A stretch of DNA of 64,000 bases from Eledone cirrhosa (lineage: Eukaryota), in the NCBI GenBank assembly GCA_964016885.1, contig OZ024744.1:109802001-109866000 (forward strand), read 5' to 3'. Under the pieces are notes generated by a model. The model worked only from the letters and a program-made list of their open reading frames with translations, was not told where the DNA came from and made no database searches. Positions 48,901 to 63,900 of this stretch are shown one piece after another (the first letter of the stretch is position 1; every line of letters starts with the position of its first letter). Position numbers and translations under genes: made by a program.

Positions 48901-51900
48901 TGTGTCTCTACCTCTCTGTCCCTGTCTCTCTACCTCTCTGTCCCTGTGTCTCTACCTCACTGTCCCTGTGTCTCTACCTCTCTGTCCATGTGTCTCTACC
49001 TCTCTGTCCCTGTGTCTCTACCTCTCTGTCCCTGTGTCTCTACTTCACTGTCCATGTGTCTCTACCTCTCTGTACATGTGTCTCTACCTCTCTGTCCATG
49101 TGTCTCTACCTCACTGTCCCTGTGTCTCTACCTCTCTGTCCCTGTGTCTCTACCTCTCTGTCCCTGTGTCTCTACCTCACTGTCCATGTGTCTCTACCTC
49201 ACTGTCCATGTCTCTCTACCTCACTGTCCCTGTGTCTCTACCTCACTGTCCATGTGTCTCTACCTCTCAGTCCATGTGTCTCTACATCACTGTCCCTGTC
49301 TCTCTACCTCTCTGTCCATGTGTCTCTACCTCTCTGTCCATGTGTCTCTACCTCTCTGTCCATGTCTCTCTACCTTTCTGTCCCTGTGTCTCTACCTCAC
49401 TGTCCATGTCTCTCTACCTCACTGTCCCTGTGTCTCTACCTCAGTGTCCATGTGTCTCTACCTCTCTTCCATGTGTCTCTACCTCACTGTCCCTGTCTCT
49501 CTACCTCTCTGTCCATGTGTCTCTACCTCTCTGTCCATGTGTCTCTACATCACTGTCTATGTCTCTCTACCTCTCTGTCCCTGTGTCTCTACCTCACTGT
49601 CCATGTGTCTCTACCTCTCTGTCCATGTGTCTCTACCTCACTGTCCATGTGTCTCTACCTCACTGTCCATGTGTCTCTACCTCTCTGTCCATGTGTCTCT
49701 ACCTCACTGTCCATGTGTCTCTAGCTCACTGTCCATGTGTCTCTACCTCTCTGTCCATGTGTCTCTACCTCTCTGTCCCTGTCTCTCTACCTCACTGTCC
49801 CTGTGTCTCTACCTCACTGTCCATGTGTCTCTTCCTCTCTGTCCATGTGTCTCTACCTCTCTGTCCATGTGTCTCTACCTCACTGTCCATGTCTCTCTAC
49901 CTCTCTGTCCATGTGTCTCTACCTCTCTGTCCCTGTCTCTCTACCTCTCTGTCCCTGTGTCTCTACCTCTCTGTCCCCGTGTCTCTACCTCTCTGTCCCT
50001 GTGTCTCTACCTCTCTGTCCCTGTGTCTCTACCTCTCTGTACATGTCTCTCTACCTCTCTGTTCCTGTCTCTGTACCTCACTGTCCATGTGTCTCTACCT
50101 CCCTGTCCCTGTGTCTCTACCTCTCTGTCCCTGTGTCTCTACCTCTCTGTCCCTGTGTCTCTACCTCTCTGTCCCTGTGTCTCTACCTCTCTGTCCCTGT
50201 GTCTCTACATCTCTGTCCCTGTGTCTCTACCTCACTGTCCATGTGTCTCTACCTCTCTGTCCCTGTGTCTCTACCTCTCTGTCCATGTCTCTCTACCTCT
50301 CTGTCCCTGTCTCTCTACCTCTCTGTCCATGTCTCTCTACCTCTCTGTCCCTGTGTCTCTACCTCACTGTCCATGTGTCTCTACCTCTCTGTCCCTGTGT
50401 CTCTATTTCTCTGTCCCTGTGTCTCTACATCTCTGTCCCTGTGTCTCTACCTCTCTGTCCCTGTGTCTCTACCTCTCTGTCCCTGTGTCTCTACCTCTCT
50501 GTCCCTGTGTCTCTACCTCTCTGTCCCTGTGTCTCTACCTCTCTGTCCCTGTGTCTCTACCTCTCTGTCCCTGTGTCTCTACATCTCTGTCCCTGTGTCT
50601 CTACCTCACTGTCCATGTGTCTCTACCTCTCTGTCTATGTGTCTCTACCTCTCTGTCCATGTCTCTCTACCTCTCTGTCCCTGTGTCTCTACCTCTCTGT
50701 CCATGTCTCTCTACCTCTCTGTCCCTGTCTCTCTACCTCTCTGTCCATGTCTCTCTACCTCTCTGTCCCTGTGTCTCTACCTCACTGTCCATGTGTCTCT
50801 ACCTCTCTGTCCCTGTGTCTCTATTTCTCTGTCCCTGTGTCTCTACCTCTCTGTCCATGTGTCTCTTCCTCTCTGTCCCTGTGTCTCTACCTCCCTGTCC
50901 CTGTGTCTCTACCTCTCTGTCCATGTGTCTCTACCTCTCTATCCCTGTGTCTCTACCTCTCTGTCCCTGTGTCTCTACCTCTCTGTCCATGTGTCTCTAC
51001 CTCTCTGTCCCTGTCTCTCTACCTCTCTGTCCCTGTGTCTCTACCTCTCTGTCCCTGTGTCTCTACCTCTCTGTCCCTGTGTCTCTACCTCACTGTCCAT
51101 GTGTCTCTACCTCTCTGTCCATGTGTCTCTACCTCTCTGCCCATGTGTCTCTACCTCACTGTCCATGTCTCTCTACCTCACTGTCCCTGTGTCTCTACCT
51201 CACTGTCCATGTGTCTCTACCTCTCTGTCCATGTGTCTCTACCTCACTGTCCCTGTCTCTCTAACTCTCTGTCCACGTGTCTCTACCTCTCTGTCCATGT
51301 CTCTCTACCTCTCTGTCCCTGTGTCTCTACCTCTCTGTCCATGTGTCTCTACCTCTCTGTCCATGTATCTCTACCTCTCTGTCCATGTCTCTCTACCTCT
51401 CTGTCCATGTCTCTCTACCTCACTGTCCATGTCTCTCTACCTCTCTGTCCCTGTGTCTCTACCTCTCTGTCCATGTGTCTCTACCTCTCTGTCCATGTGT
51501 CTCTACCTCTCTGTCCATGTGTCTCTACCTCTCTGTCCATGTGTCTCTACCTCACTGTCCCTGTGTCTCTACCTCACTTTCCATGTCTCTCTACCTCACT
51601 GTCCCTGTGTCTCTACCTCTCTGTCCCTGTGTTTCTACCTCTCTGTCCATGTCTCTCTACCTCTCTGTCCATGTCTCTCTACCTCTCTGTCCCTGTGTCT
51701 CTACCTCTCTGTCCCTGTGTCTCTACCTCTCTGTCCCTGTGTCTCTACCTCACTGTCCATATGTCTCTACCTCTTTCTCCATGTGTCTCTACCTCTCTGT
51801 CCCTGTGTCTCTACCTCTCTGTCCATGTGTCTCTACCTCTCTGTCCCTGTGTCTCTACCTCTCTGTCTATGTCTCTCTACCTCTCTGTCCATGTCTCTCT

Positions 51901-54900
51901 ACCTCTCTGTCCCTGTGTCACTACCTCACTGTCCCTGTCTCTCTACCTCTCTGTCTATGTCTCTCTACCTCTCTGTCCATGTCTCTCTACCTCACAGTCC
52001 ATGTGTCTCTACCTCACTGTCCCTGTGTCTCTACCTCTCTGTCCCTGTGTCTCTACCTCTCTGTCCATGTGTCTCTACCTCTCTGTCCATGTGTCTCTAC
52101 CTCACTGTCCATGTGTCTCTACCTCACTGTCCATGTGTCTCTACCTCTCTGTCCCTGTGTCTCTACCTCTCTGTCCATGTGTCTGTACCTCTCTGTCCAT
52201 GTGTCTCTACCTCACTGTCCATGTCTCTCTACCTCTCTGTCCCTGTGTCTCTACCTCTCTGTCCATGTCTCTCTACCTCTCTGTCCATGTGTCTCTACCT
52301 CACTGTCCATGTCTCTCTACCTCTCTGTCCATGTGTCTCTACCTCCCTGTCCCTGTGTCTCTACCTCTCTGTCCCTGTGTCTCTACCTCTCTGTCCATGT
52401 GTCTCTACCTCACTGTCCATGTCTCTCTACCTCTCTGTCCCTGTCTCTCTACCTCTCTGTCCCTGTGTCTGTACCTCTCTGTCCATGTGTCTCTACCTCA
52501 CTGTCCCTGTGTCTCTACCTCTCTGTCCCTGTGTCTCTACCTCTCTGTCCATGTGTCTCTACCTCACTGTCCATGTGTCTCTACCTCACTGTCCATGTGT
52601 CTCTACCTCACTGTCCATGTGTCTCTACCTCTCTGTCCCTGTGTCTCTACCTCTCTGTCCATGTGTCTGTACCTCTCTGTCCATGTGTCTCTACCTCACT
52701 GTCCATGTGTCTCTACCTTTCTGTCCCTGTGTCTCTACCTCTCTGTCCATGTCTCTCTACCTCTCTGTCCATGTGTCTCTACCTCACTGTCCATGTCTCT
52801 CTACCTCTCTGTCCCTGTCTCTCTACCTCTCTGTCCCTGTGTCTGTACCTCTCTGTCCATGTGTCTCTACCTCACTGTCCATGTATCTCTACCTCTCTGT
52901 CCCTGTGTCTCTACCTCTCTGTCCCTGTGTCTCTACCTCTCTGTCCATGTGTCTCTACCTCTCTGTCCCTGTCTCTCTACCTCTCTGTCCCTGTGTCTCT
53001 ACCTCACTGTCCCTATGTCTCTACCTCTCTGTCCATGTGTCTCTACCTCTCTGTCCCTGTGTCTCTACCTCTCTGTCCCTGTGTCTCTACTTCACTGTCC
53101 ATGTGTCTCTACCTCTCTGTACATGTGTCTCTACCTCTCTGTCCATGTGTCTCTACCTCATGTCCATGTCTCTCTACCTCACTGTCCCTGTGTCTCTACC
53201 TCACTGTCCATGTGTCTCTACCTCTCAGTCCATGTGTCTCTACCTCACTGTTCCTGTCTCTCTACCTCTCTGTCCATGTGTCTCTACCTCTCTGTCCATG
53301 TGTCTCTACCTCTCTGTCCATGTCTCTCTACCTCTCTGTCCCTGTGTCTCTACCTCACTGTCCATGTCTCTCTACCTCACTGTCCCTGTGTCTCTACCTC
53401 AGTGTCCATGTGTCTCTACCTCTCTTCCATTTGTCTCTACCTCACTCTCCCTGTCTCTCTACCTCTCTGTCCATGTGTCTCTACCTCTCTGTCCATGTGT
53501 CTCTACCTCACTGTCTATGTCTCTCTACCTCTCTGTCCCTGTGTCTCTACCTCACTGTCCATGTGTCTCTACCTCTCTGTCCATGTGTCTCTACCTCACT
53601 GTCCATGTGTCTCTACCTCACTGTCCATGTGTCTCTACCTCTCTGTCCATGTGTCTCTACCTCACTGTCCATGTGTCTCTAGCTCACTGTCCATGTGTCT
53701 CTACCTCTCTGTCCATGTGTCTCTACCTCTCTGTCCCTGTCTCTCTACCTCACTGTCCCTGTGTCTCTACCTCATGGTCCATGTGTCTCTACCTCACTGT
53801 CCATGTGTCTCTACCTCTCTGTCCATGTGTCTCTACCTCACTGTCCATGTCTCTCTACCTCTCTGTCCATGTGTCTCTACCTCTCTGTCCCTGTCTCTCT
53901 ACCTCACTGTCCCTGTGTCTCTACCTCACTGTCCATGTGTCTCTACCTCACTGTCCATGTGTCTCTACCTCTCTGTCCATGTGTCTCTACCTCACTGTCC
54001 ATGTCTCTCTACCTCTCTGTCCATGTGTCTCTTCCTCTCTGTCCCTGTGTCTCTACCTCTCTGTCCATGTGTCTCTACCTCCCTGTCCCTGTCTCTACCT
54101 CTCTGTCCATGTGTCTCTACCTCACTGTCCATGTGTCTCTACCTCACTGTCCATGTGTCTCTACCTCTCTGTCCATGTGTCTCTACCTCCCTGTCCCTGT
54201 CTCTACCTCTCTGTCCATGTCTCTCTACCTCTCTGCCCATGTGTCTCTACCTCTCTGTCCCTGTGTCTCTACCTCTCTGTCCAGGTGTCTCTACCTCTCT
54301 GTCCCTGTGTCTCTACCTCTCTGTCCATGTGTCTCTACCTCTCTGTCCCTGTGTCTCTACCTCTCTGTCCTTGTGTCTCTACCTCTCTGTCCCTGTCTCT
54401 CTACCTCTCTGTCCATGTCTCTCTACCTCTCTGTCCATGTGTCTCTCTACCTCTCTGTCCCTGTGTCTCTCTAACTCTCTGTCCACGTGTCTCTCTACCT
54501 CTCTGTCCATGTGTCTCTACCTCTCTGTCCATGTGTCTCTACCTCTCTGTCCATGTCTCTCTACCTCGCTGTCCATGTGTCTCTACCTCACTGTCCCTGT
54601 GTCTCTACCTCTCTGTCCATGTGTCTCTACCTCTCTGTCCCTGTGTCTCTACCTCTCTGTCCATGTGTCTCTACCTCTCTGTCCCTGTGTCTCTACCTCT
54701 CTGTCCCTGTCTCTCTACCTCTCTGTCCATGTGTCTCTACCTCTCTGTCCCTGTGTCTCTACCTCTCTGTCCATGTGTCTCTACCTCTCTGTCCCTGTGT
54801 CTCTACCTCTCTGTCCATGTGTCTCTACCTCTCTGTCCATGTCTCTCTAGCTCTCTGTCCATCTCTCTCTACCTCTCTGTCCCTGTGTCTCTACCTCTCT

Positions 54901-57900
54901 GTCCATGTGTCTCTACCTCTCTGTCCATGTCTCTCTACCTCTCTGTCCATGTCTCTCTACCTCACTGTCCATGTCTCTCTACCTCTCTGTCCCTGTGTCT
55001 CTACCTCTCTGTCCATGTGTCTCTACCTCTCTGTCCATGTGTCTCTACCTCTCTGTCCATGTGTCTCTACCTCTCTGTCCATGTGTCTCTACCTCACTGT
55101 CCCTGTGTCTCTACCTCACTTTCCATGTCTCTCTACCTCACTGTCCCTGTGTCTCTACCTCTCTGTCCCTGTGTCTCTACCTCTCTGTCCATGTCTCTCT
55201 ACCTCTCTGTACATGTGTCTCTACCTCTCTGTCCCGGTGTCTCTACCTCTCTGTCCCTGTATCTCTACCTCTCTGTCCCTGTGTCTCTACCTCTCTGTCC
55301 CTGTGTCTCTACCTCTCTGTCCCTGTGTCTCTACCTCTCTGTCCCGGTGTCTCTACCTCTCTGTCCCTGTGTCTCTACCTCTCTGTCCCTGTGTCTCTAC
55401 CTCTCTGTCCCTGTGTCTCTACCTCTCTGTCCCTGTGTCTCTACCTCTCTGTCCCTGTGTCTCTACCTCTCTGTCCCTGTGTCTCTACCTCTTTGTCCCT
55501 GTGTCTCTACCTCTCTGTCCCTGTGTCTCTACCTCACTGTCCATATGTCTCTACCTCTCTGTCCATGTCTCTCTACCTCTCTGTCCATGTCTCTCTACCT
55601 CACTGTCCCTGTGTCTCTACCTCTCTGTCCATGTCTCTCTACCTCACAGTCCATGTGTCTCTACCTCACTGTCCCTGTGTCTCTACCTCTCTGTCCCTGT
55701 GTCTCTACCTCTCTGTCCATGTGTCTCTACCTCTCTGTCCATGTGTCTCTACCTCACTGTCCATGTGTCTCTACCTCACTGTCCATGTGTCTCTACCACT
55801 CTGTCCCTGTGTCTCTACCTCTCTGTCCATGTGTCTCTACCTCTCTGTCCATGTGTCTCTACCTCTCTGTCCATGTCTCTCTACCTCTCTGTCCATGTGT
55901 CTCTACCTCACTGTCCATGTCTCTCTACCTCTCTGTCCCTGTGTCTCTACCTCTCTGTCCATGTGTCTCTACCTCACTGTCCATGTCTCTCTACCTCTCT
56001 GTCCCTGTCTCTCTACCTCTCTGTCCCTGTGTCTGTACCTCTCTGTCCATGTGTCTCTACCTCACTGTCCATGTCTCTCTACCTCTCTGTCCCTGTGTCT
56101 CTACCTCTCTGTCCCTGTGTCTCTACCTCTCTGTCCATGTGTCTCTACCTCTCTGTCCCTGTCTCTCTACCTCTCTGTCCCTGTGTCTCTACCTCACTGT
56201 CCCTGTGTCTCTACCTCTCTGTCCATGTGTCTCTACTTCACTGTCCATGTGTCTCTACCTCTCTGTACATGTGTCTCTACCTCTCTGTCCATGTGTCTCT
56301 ACCTCACTGTCCATGCCTCTCTACCTCACTGTCCCTGTGTCTCTACCTCACTGTCCATGTGTCTCTACCTCTCAGTCCATGTGTCTCTACCTCACTGTCC
56401 CTGTCTCTCTGCCTCTCTGTCCATGTGTCTCTACCTCTCTGTCCATGTGTCTCTACCTCTCTGTCCATGTCTCTCTACCTTTCTGTCCCTGTGTCTCTAC
56501 CTCACTGTCCATGTCTCTCTACCTCACTGTCCCTGTGTCTCTACCTCAGTGTCCATGTGTCTCTACCTCTCTTCCATGTGTCTCTACCTCACTGTCCCTG
56601 TCTCTCTACCTCTCTGTCCATGTGTCTCTACCTCTCTGTCCATGTGTCTCTACATCACTGTCTATGTCTCTCTACCTCTCTGTCCCTGTGTCTCTACCTC
56701 ACTGTCCATGTGTCTCTACCTCTCTGTCCATGTGTCTCTACCTCACTGTCCATGTGTCTCTACCTCACTGTCCATGTGTCTCTACCTCTCTGTCCATGTG
56801 TCTCTACCTCACTGTCCATGTGTCTCTAGCTCACTGTCCATGTGTCTCTACCTCTCTGTCCATGTGTCTCTACCTCTCTGTCCCTGTCTCTCTACCTCAC
56901 TGTCCCTGTGTCTCTACCTCACTGTCCATGTGTCTCTTCCTCTCTGTCCATGTGTCTCTACCTCTCTGTCCATGTGTCTCTACCTCACTGTCCATGTCTC
57001 TCTACCTCTCTGTCCATGTGTCTCTACCTCTCTGTCCCTGTCTCTCTACCTCTCTGTCCCTGTGTCTCTACCTCTCTGTCCCCGTGTCTCTACCTCTCTG
57101 TCCCTGTGTCTCTACCTCTCTGTCCCTGTGTCTCTACCTCTCTGTACATGTCTCTCTACCTCTCTGTCCATGTCTCTCTACCTCTCTGTCCATGTGTCTC
57201 TACCTCTCTGTTCCTGTCTCTGTACCTCACTGTCCATGTGTCTCTACCTCTCTGTCCATGTGTCTCTACCTCTCTGTTCCTGTGTCTCTACCTCTCTGTC
57301 CCTGTGTCTCTACATCTCTGTCCCTGTGTTTCTACCTCTCTGTCCATGTCTCTCTACCTCTCTGTCCCTGTCTCTCTACCTCTCTGTCCATGTCTCTCTA
57401 CCTCTCTGTCCCTGTGTCTCTACCTCACTGTCCATGTGTCTCTACCTCTCTATCCCTGTGTCTCTATTTCTCTGTCCCTGTGTCTCTACCTCTCTGTCCA
57501 TGTGTCTCTTCCTCTCTGTCCCTGTGTCTCTACCTCCCTGTCCCTGTGTCTCTACCTCTCTGTCCATGTCTCTCTACCTCTCTGTCCCTGTGTCTCTACC
57601 TCTCTGTCCATGTCTCTCTACCTCTCTGTCCATGTGTCTCTACCTCTCTGTCAATGTGTCTCTACCTCTCTGTCCATGTGTCTCTACCTCTCTGTCCATG
57701 TGTCTCTACCTCTCTGTCCATGTCTCTCTACCTCTCTGTCCCTGTGTCTCTACCTCTCTGTCCATGTCTCTCTACCTCTCTGTCCCTGTCTCTCTACCTC
57801 TCTGTCCATGTCTCTCTACCTCTCTGTCCCTGTGTCTCTACCTCACTGTCCATGTGTCTCTACCTCTCTGTCCCTGTGTCTCTATTTCTCTGTCCCTGTG

Positions 57901-60900
57901 TCTCTACCTCTCTGTCCATGTGTCTCTTCCTCTTTGTCCCTGTGTCTCTACCTCCCTGTCCCTGTGTCTCTACCTCTCTGTCCATGTGTCTCTACCTCTC
58001 TGTCCCTGTGTCTCTACCTCTCTGTCCCTGTGTCTCTACCTCTCTGTCCATGCGTCTCTACCTCTCTGTCCCTGTCTCTCTACCTCTCTGTCCCTGTGTC
58101 TCTACCTCTCTGTCCCTGTGTCTCTACCTCTCTGTCCCTGTGTCTCTACCTCACTGTCCCTGTGTCTCTACCTCTCTGTCCATGTGTCTCTACCTCTCTG
58201 TCCATGTGTCTCTACCTCTCTGTCCATGTGTCTCTACCTCTCTGCCCATGTGTCTCTACCTCACTGTCCATGTCTCTCTACCTCACTGTCCCTGTGTCTC
58301 TACCTCACTGTCCATGTGTCTCTACCTCTCTGTCCATGTGTCTCTACCTCACTGTCCCTGTCTCTCTAACTCTCTGTCCACGTGTCTCTACCTCTCTGTC
58401 CATGTGTCTCTACCTCTCTGTCCATGTCTCTCTACCTCTCTGTCCCTGTGTCTCTACCTCACTGTCCATGTCTCTCTACCTCACTGTCCCTGTGTCTCTA
58501 CCTCTCTGTCCATGTGTCTCTACCTCTATGTCCATGTGTCTCTACCTCACTGTCCCTGTCTCTCTACCTCTCTGTCCATGTGTCTCTACCTCTCTGTCCA
58601 TGTGTCTCTACCTCACTGTCTATGTCTCTCTACCTCTCTGTCCCTGTGTCTCTACCTCACTGTCCATGTGTCTCTACCTCTCTGTCCATGTGTCTCTACC
58701 TCACTGTCCATGTGTCTCTACCTCACTGTCCATGTGTCTCTACCTCTCTGTCCATGTGTCTCTACCTCACTGTCCATGTGTCTCTACCTCACTGTCCATG
58801 TGTCTCTACCTCTCTGTCCATGTGTCTCTACCTCTCTGTCCCTGTCTCTCTACCTCACTGTCCCTGTGTCTCTACCTCACTGTCCATGTGTCTCTACCTC
58901 ACTGTCCATGTGTCTCTACCTCTCTGTCCATGTGTCTCTACCTCACTGTCCATGTCTCTCTACCTCTCTGTCCATGTGTCTCTACCTCTCTGTCCCTGTC
59001 TCTCTACCTCTCTGTCCCTGTGTCTCTACCTCTCTGTCCCTGTGTCTCTACCTCTCTGTCCCTGTGTCTCTACCTCTCTGTCCCTGTGTCTCTACCTCTC
59101 TGTCCATGTCTCTCTACCTCTCTGTCCATGTGTCTCTACCTCTCTGTCCCTGTCTCTCTACCTCACTGTCCCTGTGTCTCTACCTCTCTGTCCATGTCTC
59201 TCTACCTCTCTGTCCCTGTCTCTCTACCTCTCTGTCCATGTCTCTCTACCTCTCTGTCCCTGTGTCTCTACCTCACTGTCCATGTGTCTCTACCTCTCTG
59301 TCCCTGTGTCTCTATTTCTCTGTCCCTGTGTCTCTACCTCTCTGTCCATGTGTCTCTTCCTCTCTGTCCCTGTGTCTCTACCTCCCTGTCCCTGTGTCTC
59401 TACCTCTCTGTCCATGTGTCTCTACCTCTCTGTCCCTGTGTCTCTACCTCTCTGTCCCTGTGTCTCTACCTCTCTGTCCATGTGTCTCTACCTCTCTGTC
59501 CCTGTCTCTCTACCTATCTGTCCCTGCGTCTCTACCTCACTGTCCCTGTGTCTCTACCTCTCTGTCCATGTGTCTCTACCTCTCTGTCCCTGTGTCTCTA
59601 CCTCTCTGTCCCTGTGTCTCTACCTCACTGTCCATGTGTCTCTACCTCTCTGTCCATGTGTCTCTACCTCTCTGTCCATGTGTCTCTACCTCACTGTCCA
59701 TGTCTCTCTACCTCACTGTCCCTGTGTCTCTACCTCACTGTCCATGTGTCTCTACCTCTCTGTCCATGTGTCTCTACCTCACTGTCCCTGTCTCTCTAAC
59801 TCTCTGTCCACGTGTCTCTACCTCTCTGTCCATGTGTCTCTACCTCTCTGTCCATGTCTCTCTACCTCTCTGTCCCTGTGTCTCTACCTCACTGTCCATG
59901 TCTCTCTACCTCACTGTCCCTGTGTCTCTACCTCTCTGTCCATGTGTCTCTACCTCTCTGTCCATGTGTCTCTACCTCACTGTCCCTGTCTCTCTACCTC
60001 TCTGTCCATGTGTCTCTACCTCTCTGTCCATGTGTCTCTACCTCACTGTCTATGTCTCTCTACCTCTCTGTCCCTGTGTCTCTACCTCACTGTCCATGTG
60101 TCTCTACCTCTCTGTCCATGTGTCTCTACCTCACTGTCCATGTGTCTCTACCTCACTGTCCATGTGTCTCTACCTCTCTGTCCATGTGTCTCTACCTCAC
60201 TGTCCATGTGTCTCTACCTCACTGTCCATGTGTCTCTACCTCTCTGTCCATGTGTCTCTACCTCTCTGTCCCTGTCTCTCTACCTCACTGTCCCTGTGTC
60301 TCTACCTCACTGTCCATGTGTCTCTACCTCACTGTCCATGTGTCTCTACCTCTCTGTCCATGTGTCTCTACCTCACTGTCCATGTCTCTCTACCTCTCTG
60401 TCCATGTGTCTCTACCTCTCTGTCCCTGTCTCTCTACCTCTCTGTCCCTGTGTCTCTACCTCTCTGTCCCTGTGTCTCTACCTCTCTGTCCCTGTGTCTC
60501 TACCTCTCTGTCCCTGTGTCTCTACCTCTCTGTCCCTGTCTCTCTACCTCACTGTCCATGTGTCTCTACCTCTCTGTCCATGTGTCTCTACCTCTCTGTC
60601 CCTGTGTCTCTACCTCTCTGTCCCTGTGTCTCTACCTCTCTGTCCCTGTGTCTCTACCTCACTGTCCATGTGTCTCTACCTTTCTGTCCCTGTGTCTCTA
60701 CCTCTCTGTCCATGTCTCTCTACCACTCTGTCCCTGTGTCTCTACCTCTCTGTCCATGTCTCTCTACCTCTCTGTCCCTGTGTCTCTACCTCTCTGTCCA
60801 TGTCTCTCTACCTCTCTGTCCATGTGTCTCTACCTCTCTGTCCATGTGTCTCTACCTCTCTGTCCATGTCTCTCTACCTCTCTGTCCATGTGTCTCTACC

Positions 60901-63900
60901 TCTCTGTCCATGTCTCTCTACCTCTCTGTCCCTGTCTCTCTACCTCTCTGTCCATGTCTCTCTACCTCTCTGTCCCTGTGTCTCTACCTCACTGTCCATG
61001 TGTCTCTACCTCTCTGTCCCTGTGTCTCTATTTCTCTGTCCCTGTGTCTCTACCTCTCTGTCCATGTGTCTCTTCCTCTCTGTCCCTGTGTCTCTACCTC
61101 CCTGTCCCTGTGTCTCTACCTCTCTCTCCATGTGTCTCTACCTCTCTGTCCCTGTGTCTCTACATCACTGTCCATGTGTCTCTACCTCTCTGTCCCTGTG
61201 TCTCTACCTCTCTGTCCATGTCTCTCTACCTCTCTGTCCCTGTGTCTCTACCTCTCTGTCCATGTGTCTCTACCTCACTGTCCCTGTGTCTCTACCTCTC
61301 TGTCCATGTCTCTCTACCTCTCTGTCCCTGTGTCTCTACCTCTCTGTCCATGTGTCTCTACCTCTCTGTCCATGTGTCTCTACCTCTCTGTCCATGTCTC
61401 TCTACCTCTCTGTCCCTGTCTCTCTACCTCACTGTCCCTGTATCTCTACCTCTCTGTCCCTGTGTCTCTACCTCTCTGTCCCTGTGTCTCTACCTCTCTG
61501 TCCATGTCTCTCTACCTCTCTGTCCCTGTATCTCTACCTCTCTGTCCCTGTGTCTCTACCTCTCTGTCCCTGTGTCTCTACCTCTCTGTCCATGTCTCTC
61601 TACCTCTCTGTCCATGCCTCTCTACCTCTCTGTCCCTGTGTCTCTACCTCTCTGTCCCTGTGTCTCTACCTCTCTGTCCATGTGTCTCTACCTCACTGTC
61701 CATGTGTCTCTACCTCACTGTCCATGTGTCTCTACCTCTCTGTCCATGTGTCTCTACCTCTCTGTCCATGTGTCTCTACCTCTCTGTCCCTGTGTCTCTA
61801 CCTCACTGTCCATGTGTCTCTACCTCTCTGTCCATGCCTCTCTACCTCTCTGTCCCTGTGTCTCTACCTCTCTGTCCCTGTGTCTCTACCTCTCTGTCCA
61901 TGTGTCTCTACCTCTCTGTCCATGTGTCTCTACCTCTCTGTCCATGTGTCTCTACCTCACTGTCCATGTGTCTCTACCTCCCTGTCCATGTCTCTCTACC
62001 TCGCTGTCCCTGTGTCTCTACCTCTCCGTCCATGTGTCTCTACCTCTCTGTCCCTGTGTCTCTACCTCTCTGTCCCTGTGTCTCTACCTCTCTGTCCATG
62101 TGTCTCTACCTCTCTGTCCCTGTGTCTCTACCTCTCTGTCCCTGTGTCTCTACCTCTCTGTCCATGTGTCTCTACCTCTCTGTCCCTGTGTCTCTACCTC
62201 TCTGTCCATGTGTCTCTACCTCTCTGTCCATGTCTCTCTACCTCTCTGTCCATTTCTCTCTACCTCTCTGTCCCTGTGTCTCTACCTCTCTGTCCATGTG
62301 TCTCTACCTCTCTGTCCATGTCTCTCTACCTCTCTGTCCATGTCTCTCTACCTCACTGTCCATGTCTCTCTACCTCTCTGTCCCTGTGTCTCTACCTCTC
62401 TGTCCATGTGTCTCTACCTCTCTGTCCATGTGTCTCTAACTCTCTGTCCATGTGTCTCTACCTCTCTGTCCATGTGTCTCTACCTCACTGTCGCTGTGTC
62501 TCTACCTCACTTTCCATGTCTCTCTACCTCACTGTCCCTGTGTCTCTACCTCTCTGTCCCTGTGTTTCTACCTCTCTGTCCATGTCTCTCTACCTCTCTG
62601 TACATGTGTCTCTACCTCTCTGTCCCTGTGTCTCTACCTGTCTGTCCATGTCTCTCTACCTCTCTGTCCATGTCTCTCTACCTCTCTGTCCATGTGTCTC
62701 TACCTCTCTGTCCATGTCTCTCTACCTCTCTGTCCCTGTGTCTCTACCTCTCTGTCCCTGTGTCTCTACCTCTCTGTCCCTGTGTCTCTACCTCTCTGTC
62801 CCTGTATCTCTACCTCACTGTCCATATGTCTCTACCTCTTTCTCCATGTGTCTCTACCTCTCTGTCCCTGTGTCTCTACCTCTCTGTCCCTGTGTCTCTA
62901 CCTCTCTGTCCCTGTGTCTCTACCTCACTGTCCATGTGTCTCTACCTTTCTGTCCCTGTGTCTCTATCTCTCTGTCCATGTCTCTCTACCACTCTGTCCC
63001 TGTGTCTCTACCTCTCTGTCCATGTCTCTCTACCTCTCTGTCCCTGTGTCTCTACCTCTCTGTCCATGTCTCTCTACCTCTCTGTCCATGTGTCTCTACC
63101 TCACTGTCCATGTGTCTCTACCTCTCTGTCCATGTGTCTCTACCTCTCTGTCCATGTGTCTCTACCTCTCTGTCCATGTGTCTCTACCTCTCTGTCCATG
63201 TGTCTCTACCTCTCTGTCCATGTCTCTCTACCTCTCTGTCTATGTCTCTCTACCTCTCTGTCCATGTCTCTCTACCTCACAGTCCATGTGTCTCTACCTC
63301 ACTGTCCCTGTGTCTCTACCTCTCTGTCCCTGTGTCTCTACCTCTCTGTCCATGTCTCTCTACCTCTCTGTCCATGTGTCTCTACCTCTCTGTCCATGTC
63401 TCTCTACCTCTCTGTCCCTGTGTCTCTACCTCTCTGTCCATGTGTCTCTACCTCACTGTCCATGTCTCTCTACCTCTCTGTCCCTGTCTCTCTACCTCTC
63501 TGTCCCTGTGTCTGTACCTCTCTGTCCATGTGTCTCTACCTCACTGTCCATGTCTCTCTACCTCTCTGTCCCTGTGTCTCTACCTCTCTGTCCCTGTGTC
63601 TCTACCTCTCTGTCCATGTGTCTCTACCTCTCTGTCCCTGTCTCTCTACCTCTCTGTCCCTGTGTCTCTACCTCACTGTCCCTGTGTCTCTACCTCTCTG
63701 TCCATGTGTCTCTACCTCTCTGTCCCTGTGTCTCTACCTCTCTGTCCCTGTGTCTCTACTTCACTGTCCATGTGTCTCTACCTCTCTGTACATGTGTCTC
63801 TACCTCTCTGTCCATGTGTCTCTACCTCATGTCCATGTCTCTCTACCTCACTGTCCCTGTGTCTCTACCTCACTGTCCATGTGTCTCTACCTCTCAGTCC

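Noticed and set aside
18935-62439. Giant ORFs of up to 3491 aa with a Cys/Ser/Leu-rich 22-aa repeat
   Set aside because: The 22-bp monomer has no stop on the plus strand and 22 is not divisible by 3, so all three frames give the same peptide. 20/21/24-bp monomers shift frames freely and there is no unique domain. This is an artefact of the satellite.
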